Position numbers and translations under genes: made by a program. The notes beneath the pieces were generated by a model. That model was not told where the DNA came from, searched no databases, and saw nothing but the letters and a program-made list of their open reading frames with translations. A DNA stretch of 64,000 nt from Spirochaetia bacterium (GTDB lineage: Bacteria > Spirochaetota > Spirochaetia > CADAEX01): assembly GCA_963662265.2 (NCBI GenBank), contig CAXXHA010000035.1, forward strand, positions 1-64,000, given 5' to 3'. Below are positions 38,484-48,332 of this stretch, piece after piece; the stretch's first letter is position 1; each line of letters begins with the position of its first letter.

Positions 38484-39908
38484 ATGGAGAAAACAGTGTT
38501 TGATACATATATAGGACTTGAGATACATATACAGCTTATTACCGATACCAAGATATTCTGCAGCTGCAGAAATTCATTCGGCGATGAGGCAAACACAAAT
38601 ATATGTCCTGTATGTATGGGATACCCGGGTGTGCTTCCTGTTTTAAATGAAGAGGCAGTAAGGAAATCCTATATTGTCTGCAGGGCTCTCAACTGCCATC
38701 TCAACGAAAAGGCTGTTTTTGACAGGAAAAACTATTTTTACCCCGACCTTCCCAAAAACTACCAGATTACACAGTTTGAATATCCATTCGGTATTAACGG
38801 GTATTTTGAAAATGAATCCGGTGGTGAAGTTAAAAAGATAAGGATACATGAGGCTCATCTTGAAGAAGATGCAGGCAAGATGATACATGAAGGTCTTTCC
38901 TCATACTGTGACTACAACAGGACAGGAACCCCGCTTCTTGAAATCGTGACAGAGCCTGATTTCAGAACAGGGGAAGAGGTCGAGGCTTTCCTGCAGAATT
39001 TCAGAAGATTTGTAAGGTACCTGGGAGTCTGTGACGGAAACATGGAAGAAGGTTCCATGAGATGCGATGCCAATATTTCCATCAACTTTCCCGGCAAGGG
39101 GCTGGGCAGGAAAGTGGAGATTAAAAACCTCAACTCTTCACGTAATGTCAAATTTGCTCTCCAGTATGAGCAGAAGCGTCAGTGGAAAATGCTTAAAAAT
39201 GATGAGCTTATTGTTCAGGAGACAAGACTCTGGAATGATGACAAGAAGAGAACAGAAAGCATGAGGAGCAAGGAAGATGCAAATGACTATAGGTATTTTC
39301 CAGAGCCTGATCTTCCTCCCTATTTTCCTGATGCTGAATTTCTGGAATCAATAGAAAAGGCACAGGTTGAACTTCCTGTTGCAAGAAAAAACAGATTTAT
39401 ATCTGAATACAAACTTACACCCGACTATGCGGAGTTTCTTACTGAAGAGAGGGACCGGGCAGATTTTTACGAATCTGCCTGTACTAATGGATGCGACAGC
39501 CAGGCAGCTGCTTCGTGGCTGAAGGGAGATACAGCAAAGGCTCTCAACGTAAGGAAGAAAAATATAAACGAAACATTTCTTACTGTGGAAAGATTTACTG
39601 AACTCCTTGGTCTTCTTGATGAAGGGCGGATAAATAATCCGACAGCCAAGAAAGTGCTTGAAATAATCATGGATGAGGATAAAGGCGCTGAAGAGGTTGT
39701 AGCTGAAAACGGCTGGGAGCAGGTAGACAATTCCGAGGAACTGGAAGCGTTTGTTGATAAGGTTTTATCAGAGAACAGCAAAGTCCTTGAACAGATTAAA
39801 TCCGGCGACATGAAGCCGGTCGGATTCCTGATAGGTCAGGTTATGAAATTATCAGGCGGCAAGGCAGATCCGAAAAAAGTAAAAGAGATAATAACAGGCA
39901 GGATATAA
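38484..39908 (+). CDS. gatB: Asp/Glu-tRNA amidotransferase subunit B
   Basis: IGLEIH, RKNYFYPDLPKNYQITQ, HLEEDAGK, EIVTEPD, EIKNLNS, YRYFPEPDLP. Confidence 0.97.
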   Translation: MEKTVFDTYIGLEIHIQLITDTKIFCSCRNSFGDEANTNICPVCMGYPGVLPVLNEEAVRKSYIVCRALNCHLNEKAVFDRKNYFYPDLPKNYQITQFEYPFGINGYFENESGGEVKKIRIHEAHLEEDAGKMIHEGLSSYCDYNRTGTPLLEIVTEPDFRTGEEVEAFLQNFRRFVRYLGVCDGNMEEGSMRCDANISINFPGKGLGRKVEIKNLNSSRNVKFALQYEQKRQWKMLKNDELIVQETRLWNDDKKRTESMRSKEDANDYRYFPEPDLPPYFPDAEFLESIEKAQVELPVARKNRFISEYKLTPDYAEFLTEERDRADFYESACTNGCDSQAAASWLKGDTAKALNVRKKNINETFLTVERFTELLGLLDEGRINNPTAKKVLEIIMDEDKGAEEVVAENGWEQVDNSEELEAFVDKVLSENSKVLEQIKSGDMKPVGFLIGQVMKLSGGKADPKKVKEIITGRI

Positions 39909-39910
39909 TA

Positions 39911-41686
39911 ATGAAAATCAAAAGAACAGCCACTTGCGGCGAACTTACAATAAAAGATGTTGACCGGTCAGTCAGTTTAAGTGGCTGGGTTGAAAACTAC
40001 CGTGACCACGGGGGAGTAATTTTTATCGACCTTTTCGACAGATGGGGAATGACTCAGGTAGTCTTTGATCCTGAAGTCGCAGGAAAGGTCGCTCATGAAG
40101 CAGCAGGTCACCTCAGGAGCCAGTATGTTGTATCTGTCACAGGAGAGGTGCGGCAGCGGCCTGAAGGAATGGCGAACGACAGGCTTGATACCGGGGATAT
40201 TGAAGTATATGTAAAGGAACTTGAAATCCTCAATAAATCAAAAACCCCTCCGTTTGATATCTATCATTCAGACGGTGTAAATGAGGAAACAAGGCTCAAG
40301 CACAGGTACCTTGACCTTAAAAGGGAAAAGCTTCAGAAATCTATAATTTTCAGAAGCAGTATGATGAATACAATAAGAAACTACTTCCATGAAAATAATT
40401 TTGTGGAAATAGAAACACCTATTCTCAATAAATCTACACCTGAAGGTGCCCGTGATTATCTTGTTCCGAGCAGGATACATCCGGGAAGCTTTTTTGCGCT
40501 TCCGCAGAGTCCGCAGCTTTTCAAACAGACTCTGATGACTTCCGGTTTTGACAAGTATTTCCAGGTAGCAAAATGTTTCAGGGATGAGGACCTCAGGGCG
40601 GACAGGCAGCCTGAATTTACACAGGTAGACCTTGAAATGTCGTTTGTCGACCGGGAAGATGTTATGGGGGTTATCGAAGGACTTTTCAGGCTTCTCTTTG
40701 AAAAACACCTTGGAAAGAATATTTCTCTTCCCCTCCAGAGACTCACCTATAAAGATGCAATGCTCAAGTACGGCTCTGATGCGCCAGACCTCAGGTTCGG
40801 CCTTGAAATAGTTGAACTTTCAGATGTGTTCAGGGAAACTGAATTTTCCGTCTTTAAGAATGCTCTTTCAAAGAAAGGGGTTGTAAGGGGTATAAACCTT
40901 AAAGGCTTGAGTTCCGAGCTCAGCAGGAAAGATCTTGATTACATGACTGAATTCGTAAAACAGTTCAGGGGCAAGGGTGTTGCCTGGATAAGGATGAATG
41001 AGGACGGTCCCCAGTCCCCGATTATAAAGTTCTTTTCTGACAGGGAAGCTGAAGAACTCTATAAAACCATGGGTGCGGAAACAGGTGATGTTCTTATTTT
41101 CCTTGCTGACAGGGAAAAAATTGTTTCACAGTGTCTGTCTGAGCTCAGGAAATATTTCGGAAAGAAGTGCAGTCTCTATACTGAAGATGATATAAGTCTT
41201 CTCTGGGTTGTCGATTTTCCGATGTTTGAACTGAATGATAACGGCAGGCCGGATGTTCTGCATCATCCGTTTACAGCTCCCAAGCCTGAGGATCTTGATA
41301 AACTTGAGGATGATATCTATGGAATCAGTACCAATGCCTATGATATAGTTCTTAACGGACATGAAGCAGGAGGAGGCAGCATTAGGATTCATGATATAGA
41401 TGTTCAGAAAAAGATCCTTGATATAATCGGAATAACAGAGGAAGAGGCTGAAACACAGTTCGGGTTTCTCCTTGACGCGCTTCAGTTCGGCACACCACCT
41501 CACGGCGGTATAGCGCTTGGACTTGACCGTATGGTTATGCTGTTCCTGGGACTGGATTCGATAAGGGATGTCATTGCATTTCCCAAGACACAGAAGGCGA
41601 CATGTCTTCTTACAGGAGCTCCCACAGAAGTTTCCGATGATCAGCTTTTTGAACTGAATCTTGAGACGCTGCAAAGTGATGAATGA
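39911..41686 (+). CDS. aspS: aspartyl-tRNA synthetase, probably non-discriminating
   Basis: RDHGG and RPEG (His/Gly pair of ND-AspRS), STPEGARDYLVP, FRDEDLRADRQPEFTQ, PPHGGIALGLDR; clustered with gatCAB. Confidence 0.96.
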   Translation: MKIKRTATCGELTIKDVDRSVSLSGWVENYRDHGGVIFIDLFDRWGMTQVVFDPEVAGKVAHEAAGHLRSQYVVSVTGEVRQRPEGMANDRLDTGDIEVYVKELEILNKSKTPPFDIYHSDGVNEETRLKHRYLDLKREKLQKSIIFRSSMMNTIRNYFHENNFVEIETPILNKSTPEGARDYLVPSRIHPGSFFALPQSPQLFKQTLMTSGFDKYFQVAKCFRDEDLRADRQPEFTQVDLEMSFVDREDVMGVIEGLFRLLFEKHLGKNISLPLQRLTYKDAMLKYGSDAPDLRFGLEIVELSDVFRETEFSVFKNALSKKGVVRGINLKGLSSELSRKDLDYMTEFVKQFRGKGVAWIRMNEDGPQSPIIKFFSDREAEELYKTMGAETGDVLIFLADREKIVSQCLSELRKYFGKKCSLYTEDDISLLWVVDFPMFELNDNGRPDVLHHPFTAPKPEDLDKLEDDIYGISTNAYDIVLNGHEAGGGSIRIHDIDVQKKILDIIGITEEEAETQFGFLLDALQFGTPPHGGIALGLDRMVMLFLGLDSIRDVIAFPKTQKATCLLTGAPTEVSDDQLFELNLETLQSDE

Positions 41687-42654
41687 TTAAAAACTGGTTA
41701 ATAAAGAATTATTTCATAACAGGAATACTTTCCGCAGTTATCGCGGGAAGTATTTTTTCAAAGGTTATAACACCTTTAAATCCCGGCGGAAAAACAGTAA
41801 TGATCCTTGTAATCCTGCTGTTTTTCGTCCAGGGATTCAAGCTTCCGACAGAAAACATAATAAAGGGGCTTACAAACTATCCTCTCCATGTTTTCACCCA
41901 GGTTTTTATTTTTGTAATCAATCCAATTTACTTTTTCATACTGATGAAAATATTTTCTCCATTTATAGACAGCAGGTTTGTGATAGGTATTTATGCCCTC
42001 TCCACTCTTCCCACATCAGTATCCAGCTGCACTGTTTTTACAAGCACTGCTCACGGGAATGTAGCCGGAACCATGTTCAATGCTGCACTTGCCAATATAT
42101 CGGGTGTTTTTATTTCTCCCCTTCTTATATCTCTTCTTTTAAGTACATCCGGGCAGTCTCTTCCTGCTGATGAAGTTATAAGGATTCTTGTAAGCCTGTT
42201 TGTAAAAATGGTGCTTCCTATAATCATAGGGCAGGTTGTAAGGCAATATGTAAAGAAATTTGCTGAGAAAAACAGGAAGAGGCTGAATATTTTTTCAAAT
42301 ATAATTATTCTCATTATTCTCCTGTTTGCCATAGCCGGGAGCGGAAAGATGTTTACATCAGAAATGCTTAAATTGCTGATTATCCCTTTTGCTCTTCTTG
42401 CTTTCTCATACCCTTTTATCCTGTTTCTTACAGGCTGTGCCGGGAAGATAGTGCGGTTCAGCAGGGAGGACCGGATTTCATCGATGTTTACAGGTTCTCA
42501 GAAGACCCTTGCAATGGGGCTTCCGCTGATGGCAACATACTTTGCATCCTCTCCTGAGCTTATCGGTTTTGCAATAATGCCAATTCTTTTCTACCAGCCT
42601 TATCAGCTTATAGTTTGCGCACTCAGCATGAAGAGGATAAGAAACCTGAAATAG
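41683..42654 (+). CDS. bile acid:sodium symporter family (SBF-like/YfeH) transporter
   Basis: LPTSVSSC..GNVA..FNA..NI.GVFISP; SQKTLAMGLP. Confidence 0.88.
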   Translation: MIKNWLIKNYFITGILSAVIAGSIFSKVITPLNPGGKTVMILVILLFFVQGFKLPTENIIKGLTNYPLHVFTQVFIFVINPIYFFILMKIFSPFIDSRFVIGIYALSTLPTSVSSCTVFTSTAHGNVAGTMFNAALANISGVFISPLLISLLLSTSGQSLPADEVIRILVSLFVKMVLPIIIGQVVRQYVKKFAEKNRKRLNIFSNIIILIILLFAIAGSGKMFTSEMLKLLIIPFALLAFSYPFILFLTGCAGKIVRFSREDRISSMFTGSQKTLAMGLPLMATYFASSPELIGFAIMPILFYQPYQLIVCALSMKRIRNLK

Positions 42655-42806
42655 CTGATTCCTGTAAAATGAGAAACCTGCTGTTATCTGTTTAAGTGAA
42701 AAATATTGTACAAATTATGAGAAGAATGAAACTTTCTTGACAAATGATGTTTATGGGATAATTATTATTTTATAGGATTTAAATATTATTTGATAAGGAG
42801 TTCCAT

Positions 42807-44057
42807 ATGAAAAAGGGATTGTTGTTCTTTCTTGTGCTTCTCATGCTTATTCCTGCTGTAATTTTTGCAGGCGGAAAAAAAGAGAAAGAGGAAAAAGGTG
42901 CTTATCCTCCTGAAATGGATGCATGGGCAAAAGAAGCTAAACTCGGTGTCTATGACAAGGACCAGGACTGGGATGAAATTATTGAAAAGGCAAAACAGGA
43001 AGGAAAAGTTGTTGTTTATTCCTCCTCTTCACGAATTGCAGGGCTTGCAGAAGATTTCGCCAGGTTATATCCCGGAATAGAAGTCGAGAGTTTCGACCTT
43101 GGATCTGTAAAAACATTTGAAAAAACAATTCAGGAACAGGATGCAGGGCTTTACAATGCTGATATTATTACAACAGGGGGAAGCGGAAACTATTACTTTG
43201 AGCTTCTTAAGAAAAACAGAATTGTAAATTTTGTACCTTCAACACATAAGGATAAAATTCCAAAAGAATTGAGAGATCCTCTTCTTGTAAGAATAAATGA
43301 AGCAATAGTTTTTATGTATAACATGGAAAACCATGATGCTCCTCCTGTAGATAATTTATGGGAACTTACAACAGAAAAATACAGGGGAAAAGTTGTTATC
43401 AAAAACCCGCTTGCATCTCTTTCAAATCTTATGGGTGTTGCAACAATTGTTCAGCATGCTGATGAAATGGAAAAAGCGTATAAAAAATTTACAGGCGAAA
43501 AACTTGTTCTTTCAGAAGGTGTTCCTGATGCAGGTTATGAATGGCTTTACAGACTTATCCACAATGATCTTGTTATTCTTAAATCCGGAGGAAAAGTTGC
43601 ACAGGCTTCGGGACAGAAAGGACAGGATAATGCTCCTCTCTCAATTGGCCCTATAGCATACGGTGCAAGATATAACAGGAATAAAGGTTATGTAAACGGA
43701 TTAATCTATCCTGTAGAACCAGCAGACGGTGTTATTTATCCAACCTATATGTCTATCGCAAGACAGGCTCCGCATCCGAATGCTGCGAAACTCTTTACAG
43801 CATATCTTCTCGGAAATCCTGATGTAACTCCGGATACAAAAATTGAAGAACCATATACTGAAGGTGAATCTATAAAATGGCTTCAGGGGATGGCACCATA
43901 CTTTTTTGCCGGCTCTATGAGTCCTATGGAAAATATGCCGATAGCTGGGGATGTTAAGGACTGGAATAAAATGAACATGTGGACAGTTGATCCTGAGTTT
44001 ATGTGGTATGAAGGACCTAAAGTTCAGGACTTCTGGATGAAGGAAACAGCTAAATAA
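42807..44057 (+). CDS. ABC substrate-binding protein (Fe3+/thiamine/phosphosugar class)
   Basis: Signal peptide ending FAGGKKE; AKQEGKVVVYSS, APHPNAAKLF. Confidence 0.85.
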   Translation: MKKGLLFFLVLLMLIPAVIFAGGKKEKEEKGAYPPEMDAWAKEAKLGVYDKDQDWDEIIEKAKQEGKVVVYSSSSRIAGLAEDFARLYPGIEVESFDLGSVKTFEKTIQEQDAGLYNADIITTGGSGNYYFELLKKNRIVNFVPSTHKDKIPKELRDPLLVRINEAIVFMYNMENHDAPPVDNLWELTTEKYRGKVVIKNPLASLSNLMGVATIVQHADEMEKAYKKFTGEKLVLSEGVPDAGYEWLYRLIHNDLVILKSGGKVAQASGQKGQDNAPLSIGPIAYGARYNRNKGYVNGLIYPVEPADGVIYPTYMSIARQAPHPNAAKLFTAYLLGNPDVTPDTKIEEPYTEGESIKWLQGMAPYFFAGSMSPMENMPIAGDVKDWNKMNMWTVDPEFMWYEGPKVQDFWMKETAK

Positions 44058-44068
44058 TAAAGTAAATA

Positions 44069-44099
44069 AAAGGGCTGTCCATATGAGGATAGCCTTTTT
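44069..44099 (+). terminator. hairpin with T-tract after the binding-protein gene
   Basis: AAAGGGCTGTCC-ATATGA-GGATAGCCTTTTT. Confidence 0.65.
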
Positions 44100-44283
44100 A
44101 AACAGGAAATTCATTGCCCCCTGATGATTTTCTGTTCTTTATTTATGGGGGAATATATCAGGTTCTTCTGAAAAATATATTTTTATAATCAAAGTTAAAA
44201 TCGATGTCTGATAAAAATTGATTTTGAGTATTATCAGTATTCGAAATGATCAGTTTCAAAAGGACCTTAATTAGGAAATACAG

Positions 44284-46083
44284 ATGCAGCAGAAAATTCA
44301 ATTCTATACATCAAAATTAAAATCAAAACCGGAGATAGTACTGTCAATTATATTTGTAGCAGTTTTTGCATTTTTAATTGTAGTGCCTTTTGCTCAGATG
44401 ATTTATACGACTCTGACATATCAGTCCTATGACCTCCGGCTTGAACGGGGCGCAGAAGAGGGCGCTTTTACTTTTTTTCATTATAAAAGAATGTTTGGAA
44501 GCGATTTGACAAAATCTCTTTTCTTAAAACCATTCTTAAACAGCATCAAGGTCGGAGTTTCAGTTACTCTTATCGCAATGTTTGTGGGATCCATTCTGGC
44601 ATGGCTTTTTGTAAGGACAGACATTCCTTACAAAAAATTCTTCCAGACCATAATTGTTGTACCTTACATGATCCCCTCCTGGGTCATCGCCCTGGCCTGG
44701 CAGCTCTTTTTTCAGAATACAAGAACAGGGGGCCACGCAGGTGTAATAACAGCTCTTTTCGGGATAGGTATTCCAGACTGGTTATCCTACGGTTTTGTCC
44801 CTATTGTTATATGTCTTGCGCTGCATTACTATTCCTATACATTCCTTCTTATGTCAGGGGCCCTGCGGACAATAGATTCAGAACTGGAAGAAGCTGGAGC
44901 AATCGGGGGACTTTCAAGAATCCAGGTATTGGGAAAAATAACTTTTCCTCTCGTTCTTCCGGCTCTGGGATCCTCCTTTGTCCTTACTGTTACAAGAAGT
45001 ATGGGAACTTTCGGTACGCCAGCTCTTTTGGGGCTTCCGGTAAGATTTTTCACCATCCCGACCCAGATTTACGCCATGATAAACGCGAGAAATATGGGAG
45101 ACGGTTTTGTCCTTGCTCTTGTTCTTATTATTCTTGCCGCTACTTTTATCTCGGTAAACAATAAAATAATAGGGGTTAGAAAGAGTTTTGTAACAATGAA
45201 AGGAAAGGGATTCAGGTCCAGTCCCATGAAACTCGGTAAATTAAGACCTGTTTTTATAGCAGCTCTTATTATTTTAATACTCTGTCTTATCGTCTTTCCC
45301 ATAGTAATGCTTTCATTAAGTACATTAATGCTTCTTCCTGATGATTACTCCCTTTCCAACTTTACAAGCCACTTCTGGTTTGGAGATAGTAATTCGGAAA
45401 TTGCGAGCGGTGAAAAGGGTGTTTTCAAGAACCAGGGAATTATCGGAGGAATGCTTAACAGCATCAAGCTTGGTATTCTGGCAGCAGTTGTAAATGCTTT
45501 TCTGGGGCTTTTGATAGGTTATACAGTTGTAAAAAACAGAGGTACAAGGCTCTCTCAGATTATTGAGGGTGTTGCCTTTGCCCCGTATGTTTTTCCAAGT
45601 ATTGCATTCAGTGCAATATATTTAAGTATGTTTTCAAAGCCTGTGGGACCGATTCCCGCTTTATACGGAACATTTTCTCTTATGGTTTTGATTGTAATTG
45701 TTAAAAATCTTCCGTTTTCATCACGTTCCGGGATAAGTTCGATGCTTCAGGTTGATAAGTCTCTGGAGGAGACAGCCAGTATACAGGGGATCCCTTTCAT
45801 GAAAAGGTTCCGTCTGATTATAATGCCGCTGTGTAAAAGCGGATTCCTTTCAGGTATGATCCTGACTTTTATTACAGCGATGAGGGAGCTCTCCCTTGTT
45901 ATACTTCTTGTAACACCTTCTACAAGGTTGTTGACAACAATGATATTTGCATATGAAACACAGGAACAGGAACAGCATTCAAATGCAGTAACACTGCTCC
46001 TTTTACTGATTATAATACTGGCTAATGTTTTAATAAGAGTGCTTGTTAACAGAAAATCTGAAGACACTATGAATTTGGGGTAA
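44284..46083 (+). CDS. ABC permease, FbpB-type (two fused TM domains)
   Basis: Two EAA loops (DSELEEAGAIGG; DKSLEETASIQG). Confidence 0.92.
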   Translation: MQQKIQFYTSKLKSKPEIVLSIIFVAVFAFLIVVPFAQMIYTTLTYQSYDLRLERGAEEGAFTFFHYKRMFGSDLTKSLFLKPFLNSIKVGVSVTLIAMFVGSILAWLFVRTDIPYKKFFQTIIVVPYMIPSWVIALAWQLFFQNTRTGGHAGVITALFGIGIPDWLSYGFVPIVICLALHYYSYTFLLMSGALRTIDSELEEAGAIGGLSRIQVLGKITFPLVLPALGSSFVLTVTRSMGTFGTPALLGLPVRFFTIPTQIYAMINARNMGDGFVLALVLIILAATFISVNNKIIGVRKSFVTMKGKGFRSSPMKLGKLRPVFIAALIILILCLIVFPIVMLSLSTLMLLPDDYSLSNFTSHFWFGDSNSEIASGEKGVFKNQGIIGGMLNSIKLGILAAVVNAFLGLLIGYTVVKNRGTRLSQIIEGVAFAPYVFPSIAFSAIYLSMFSKPVGPIPALYGTFSLMVLIVIVKNLPFSSRSGISSMLQVDKSLEETASIQGIPFMKRFRLIIMPLCKSGFLSGMILTFITAMRELSLVILLVTPSTRLLTTMIFAYETQEQEQHSNAVTLLLLLIIILANVLIRVLVNRKSEDTMNLG

Positions 46084-46086
46084 ACT

Positions 46087-47178
46087 ATGAGTAAAATTGA
46101 ACTTAAAGAAATAACAAAAAAATACGGAAAGGTTGCTGCTGTTGACAATATGGATCTTTCAATAAAAGAGGGGGAGTTTTTAACTCTTCTTGGGCCTTCC
46201 GGCTGCGGAAAGACTACAACCCTGCGAATGATTGCAGGACTTGAAGAGCCTACTCATGGAGTACTGAGTTCTGACGGTAAAGTCCTTTTTTCCAGGGAAA
46301 CTGGGGTTTATGTTCCTCCTGAACAGAGAAATCTCGGCTTCATGTTCCAGAGCTATGCTCTCTGGCCCCATATGACAGTGAGGAAAAATATTTCTCTCGG
46401 GCTTGAAACAAAAAAAATTCCAAAAGAAAAAATAAATGAAAAAGTAAAAGATGTTCTGGATAAGGTGCAGCTTACAGGTTATGACGGAAGATATCCGAGT
46501 GAGCTGTCGGGCGGTCAGCAGCAGAGGGTAGCTCTTGCAAGAATGATTGCTGCCGAGTCTGCCATATTCCTGATGGATGAACCTCTTTCCAATCTTGATG
46601 CAATGCTCAGGGTTGATATGAGGTCTGAGCTTAAAAGGCTTCACAAGGAGCTGAATGCAACATCTGTATATGTAACCCATGACCAGGTTGAAGCGCTGAC
46701 TCTTTCTGACAGGATAGTTGTTATGAATGAAGGGCGGATAATGCAGAGCGCAAGTCCTGAGGAGCTTTATTTAAAGCCTGCAAACCTCTTTGTCGCTAAA
46801 TTTGTGGGAAGCCCAAGGATTAATCTTCTTACCGGTTCTGTAAGTTCAGAAGGGGGGAAGTATTATTTTAAAAACAGCGATATTTCTATTCCGCTCAATT
46901 CCTTTGACAGTTCTCCTGTTCCTTCCGGAAAGGAAATTATCGCAGGGATAAGATCTGAAGATATTTCAATCACTAAAAATGATTCAGGCGACTACAGAAT
47001 CTATTCTGTCCTTCCTGCCGGAAGTGAAACAATAATTACTGTAATTAAGGGAGAAACCCATATTACAGTCAAAGTATCAGGTTTTACTTCTCTCGCAATG
47101 GACAATATGGTAGATCTTGATTTCAACAAGGATAAGATATCATTTTATGATAAAGACTCAGAGGATCTGATCTTCTAG
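46087..47178 (+). CDS. ABC ATP-binding protein (FbpC/PotA/MalK type)
   Basis: GPSGCGKT, LSGGQQQR, MDEPLSNLD, YVTHDQ. Confidence 0.96.
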   Translation: MSKIELKEITKKYGKVAAVDNMDLSIKEGEFLTLLGPSGCGKTTTLRMIAGLEEPTHGVLSSDGKVLFSRETGVYVPPEQRNLGFMFQSYALWPHMTVRKNISLGLETKKIPKEKINEKVKDVLDKVQLTGYDGRYPSELSGGQQQRVALARMIAAESAIFLMDEPLSNLDAMLRVDMRSELKRLHKELNATSVYVTHDQVEALTLSDRIVVMNEGRIMQSASPEELYLKPANLFVAKFVGSPRINLLTGSVSSEGGKYYFKNSDISIPLNSFDSSPVPSGKEIIAGIRSEDISITKNDSGDYRIYSVLPAGSETIITVIKGETHITVKVSGFTSLAMDNMVDLDFNKDKISFYDKDSEDLIF

Positions 47179-47417
47179 TAGCTGTTAGGTAATTCCGAAC
47201 AGTTTAAAACAGGATTTGCTGTTAATTAAAAGCTGCTGAGTCTTTAGATAAGATAACTGTTAAGGATTTATTATAATAATAATCTGGTTAAAAAACATTC
47301 TGCCGGACTTGTCTTGTTGATAAGGACGGCAGATTTTTTATCACAAGTACAGGTCCTCTCTTAAATAAGAAACCAGGCTGTCCAGCACCTGCTGAACAGC
47401 CCTTTATGTAAATTATA

Positions 47418-48041
47418 TTAAAAATACCTGACTGCCCTTACCCTGTAGAGATCAGTTTTAGGCATATTCATTATCACAGGTACACTTGAATACTCATATG
47501 GCACTTGCGCATAAGCCTCATAGGAGTTTGGCATATCCCCTGGCATGCCGCCCTGTAATGCGGGATCAAACACTATTTCTGTTGAACTCCAGTATGAGGC
47601 ATCAGCCGGCAGGGCTTCGTTGGTTGAAGAGAGAGCTGCTGCTATTGCTTCAAGTTCCCTGATTGAAGGCAGGTACCAGTCATCACAACCGCCGTAAACA
47701 AGGCCAAGGCATGCCTGTGCAGCCGGAGATGTCGGAATCGCCTCGGTATTAGCCTTTCCGGTTCCTATATCCAATCCGCTTGCGTATGTAATCACTCCAT
47801 AATGCCCCCACGCTACTGCAGGACCTTCGGTTTCTGCCGGAGCTGCTTCTATATACCGCCATCCGTCTGAGACGCTTCCCTTGTCATGGATTATTATCCC
47901 CCCCGCAGGACCTGTATCCCCGACAACCAGGCTTGCTGCTGAACTGCCGGCAGAAGAACTTCCGGATGAGTGATCTGAATCACAGCCTGTTATAAGAATT
48001 ATTAGAAAAAAGGTTGTCAGTGCATAAAAAATCTTCTTCAC
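47418..48041 (-). CDS. lipoprotein with DUF1566/Lcl-like C-terminal domain
   Basis: Lipobox ITGC, Ser/Ala linker, GDTGPAGG..WRYIEAAP, DWYLPSIREL, YWSSTE, RVRAVRYF; GTG start after AAGGAG. Confidence 0.75.
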   Translation of the reverse strand: MKKIFYALTTFFLIILITGCDSDHSSGSSSAGSSAASLVVGDTGPAGGIIIHDKGSVSDGWRYIEAAPAETEGPAVAWGHYGVITYASGLDIGTGKANTEAIPTSPAAQACLGLVYGGCDDWYLPSIRELEAIAAALSSTNEALPADASYWSSTEIVFDPALQGGMPGDMPNSYEAYAQVPYEYSSVPVIMNMPKTDLYRVRAVRYF

Positions 48042-48332
48042 AATCTGCTCCTTGTTGAATTATGTATTTTGATACATGTAAACTATAAAAAGATTCTATA
48101 ACTGATTATCAATTAAATCAATAAAAAGGTATCGATAAGAAAATATCGTTAGGCGGTATTCATGTTGGCGGAGGGAGGCTGTAATCGGAATTCCTGTTCA
48201 GCTATTTTATGAAAATAAGGAAGGTGAGGAAGATGTTGCAGAATCCTTTTACTGGATGGAGGCTCTCTGTATGTTTTTTTCAGCCCTGCCTTGAGATTCT
48301 TATGAGTGATTTATTTTAAGACATATTCCCTG

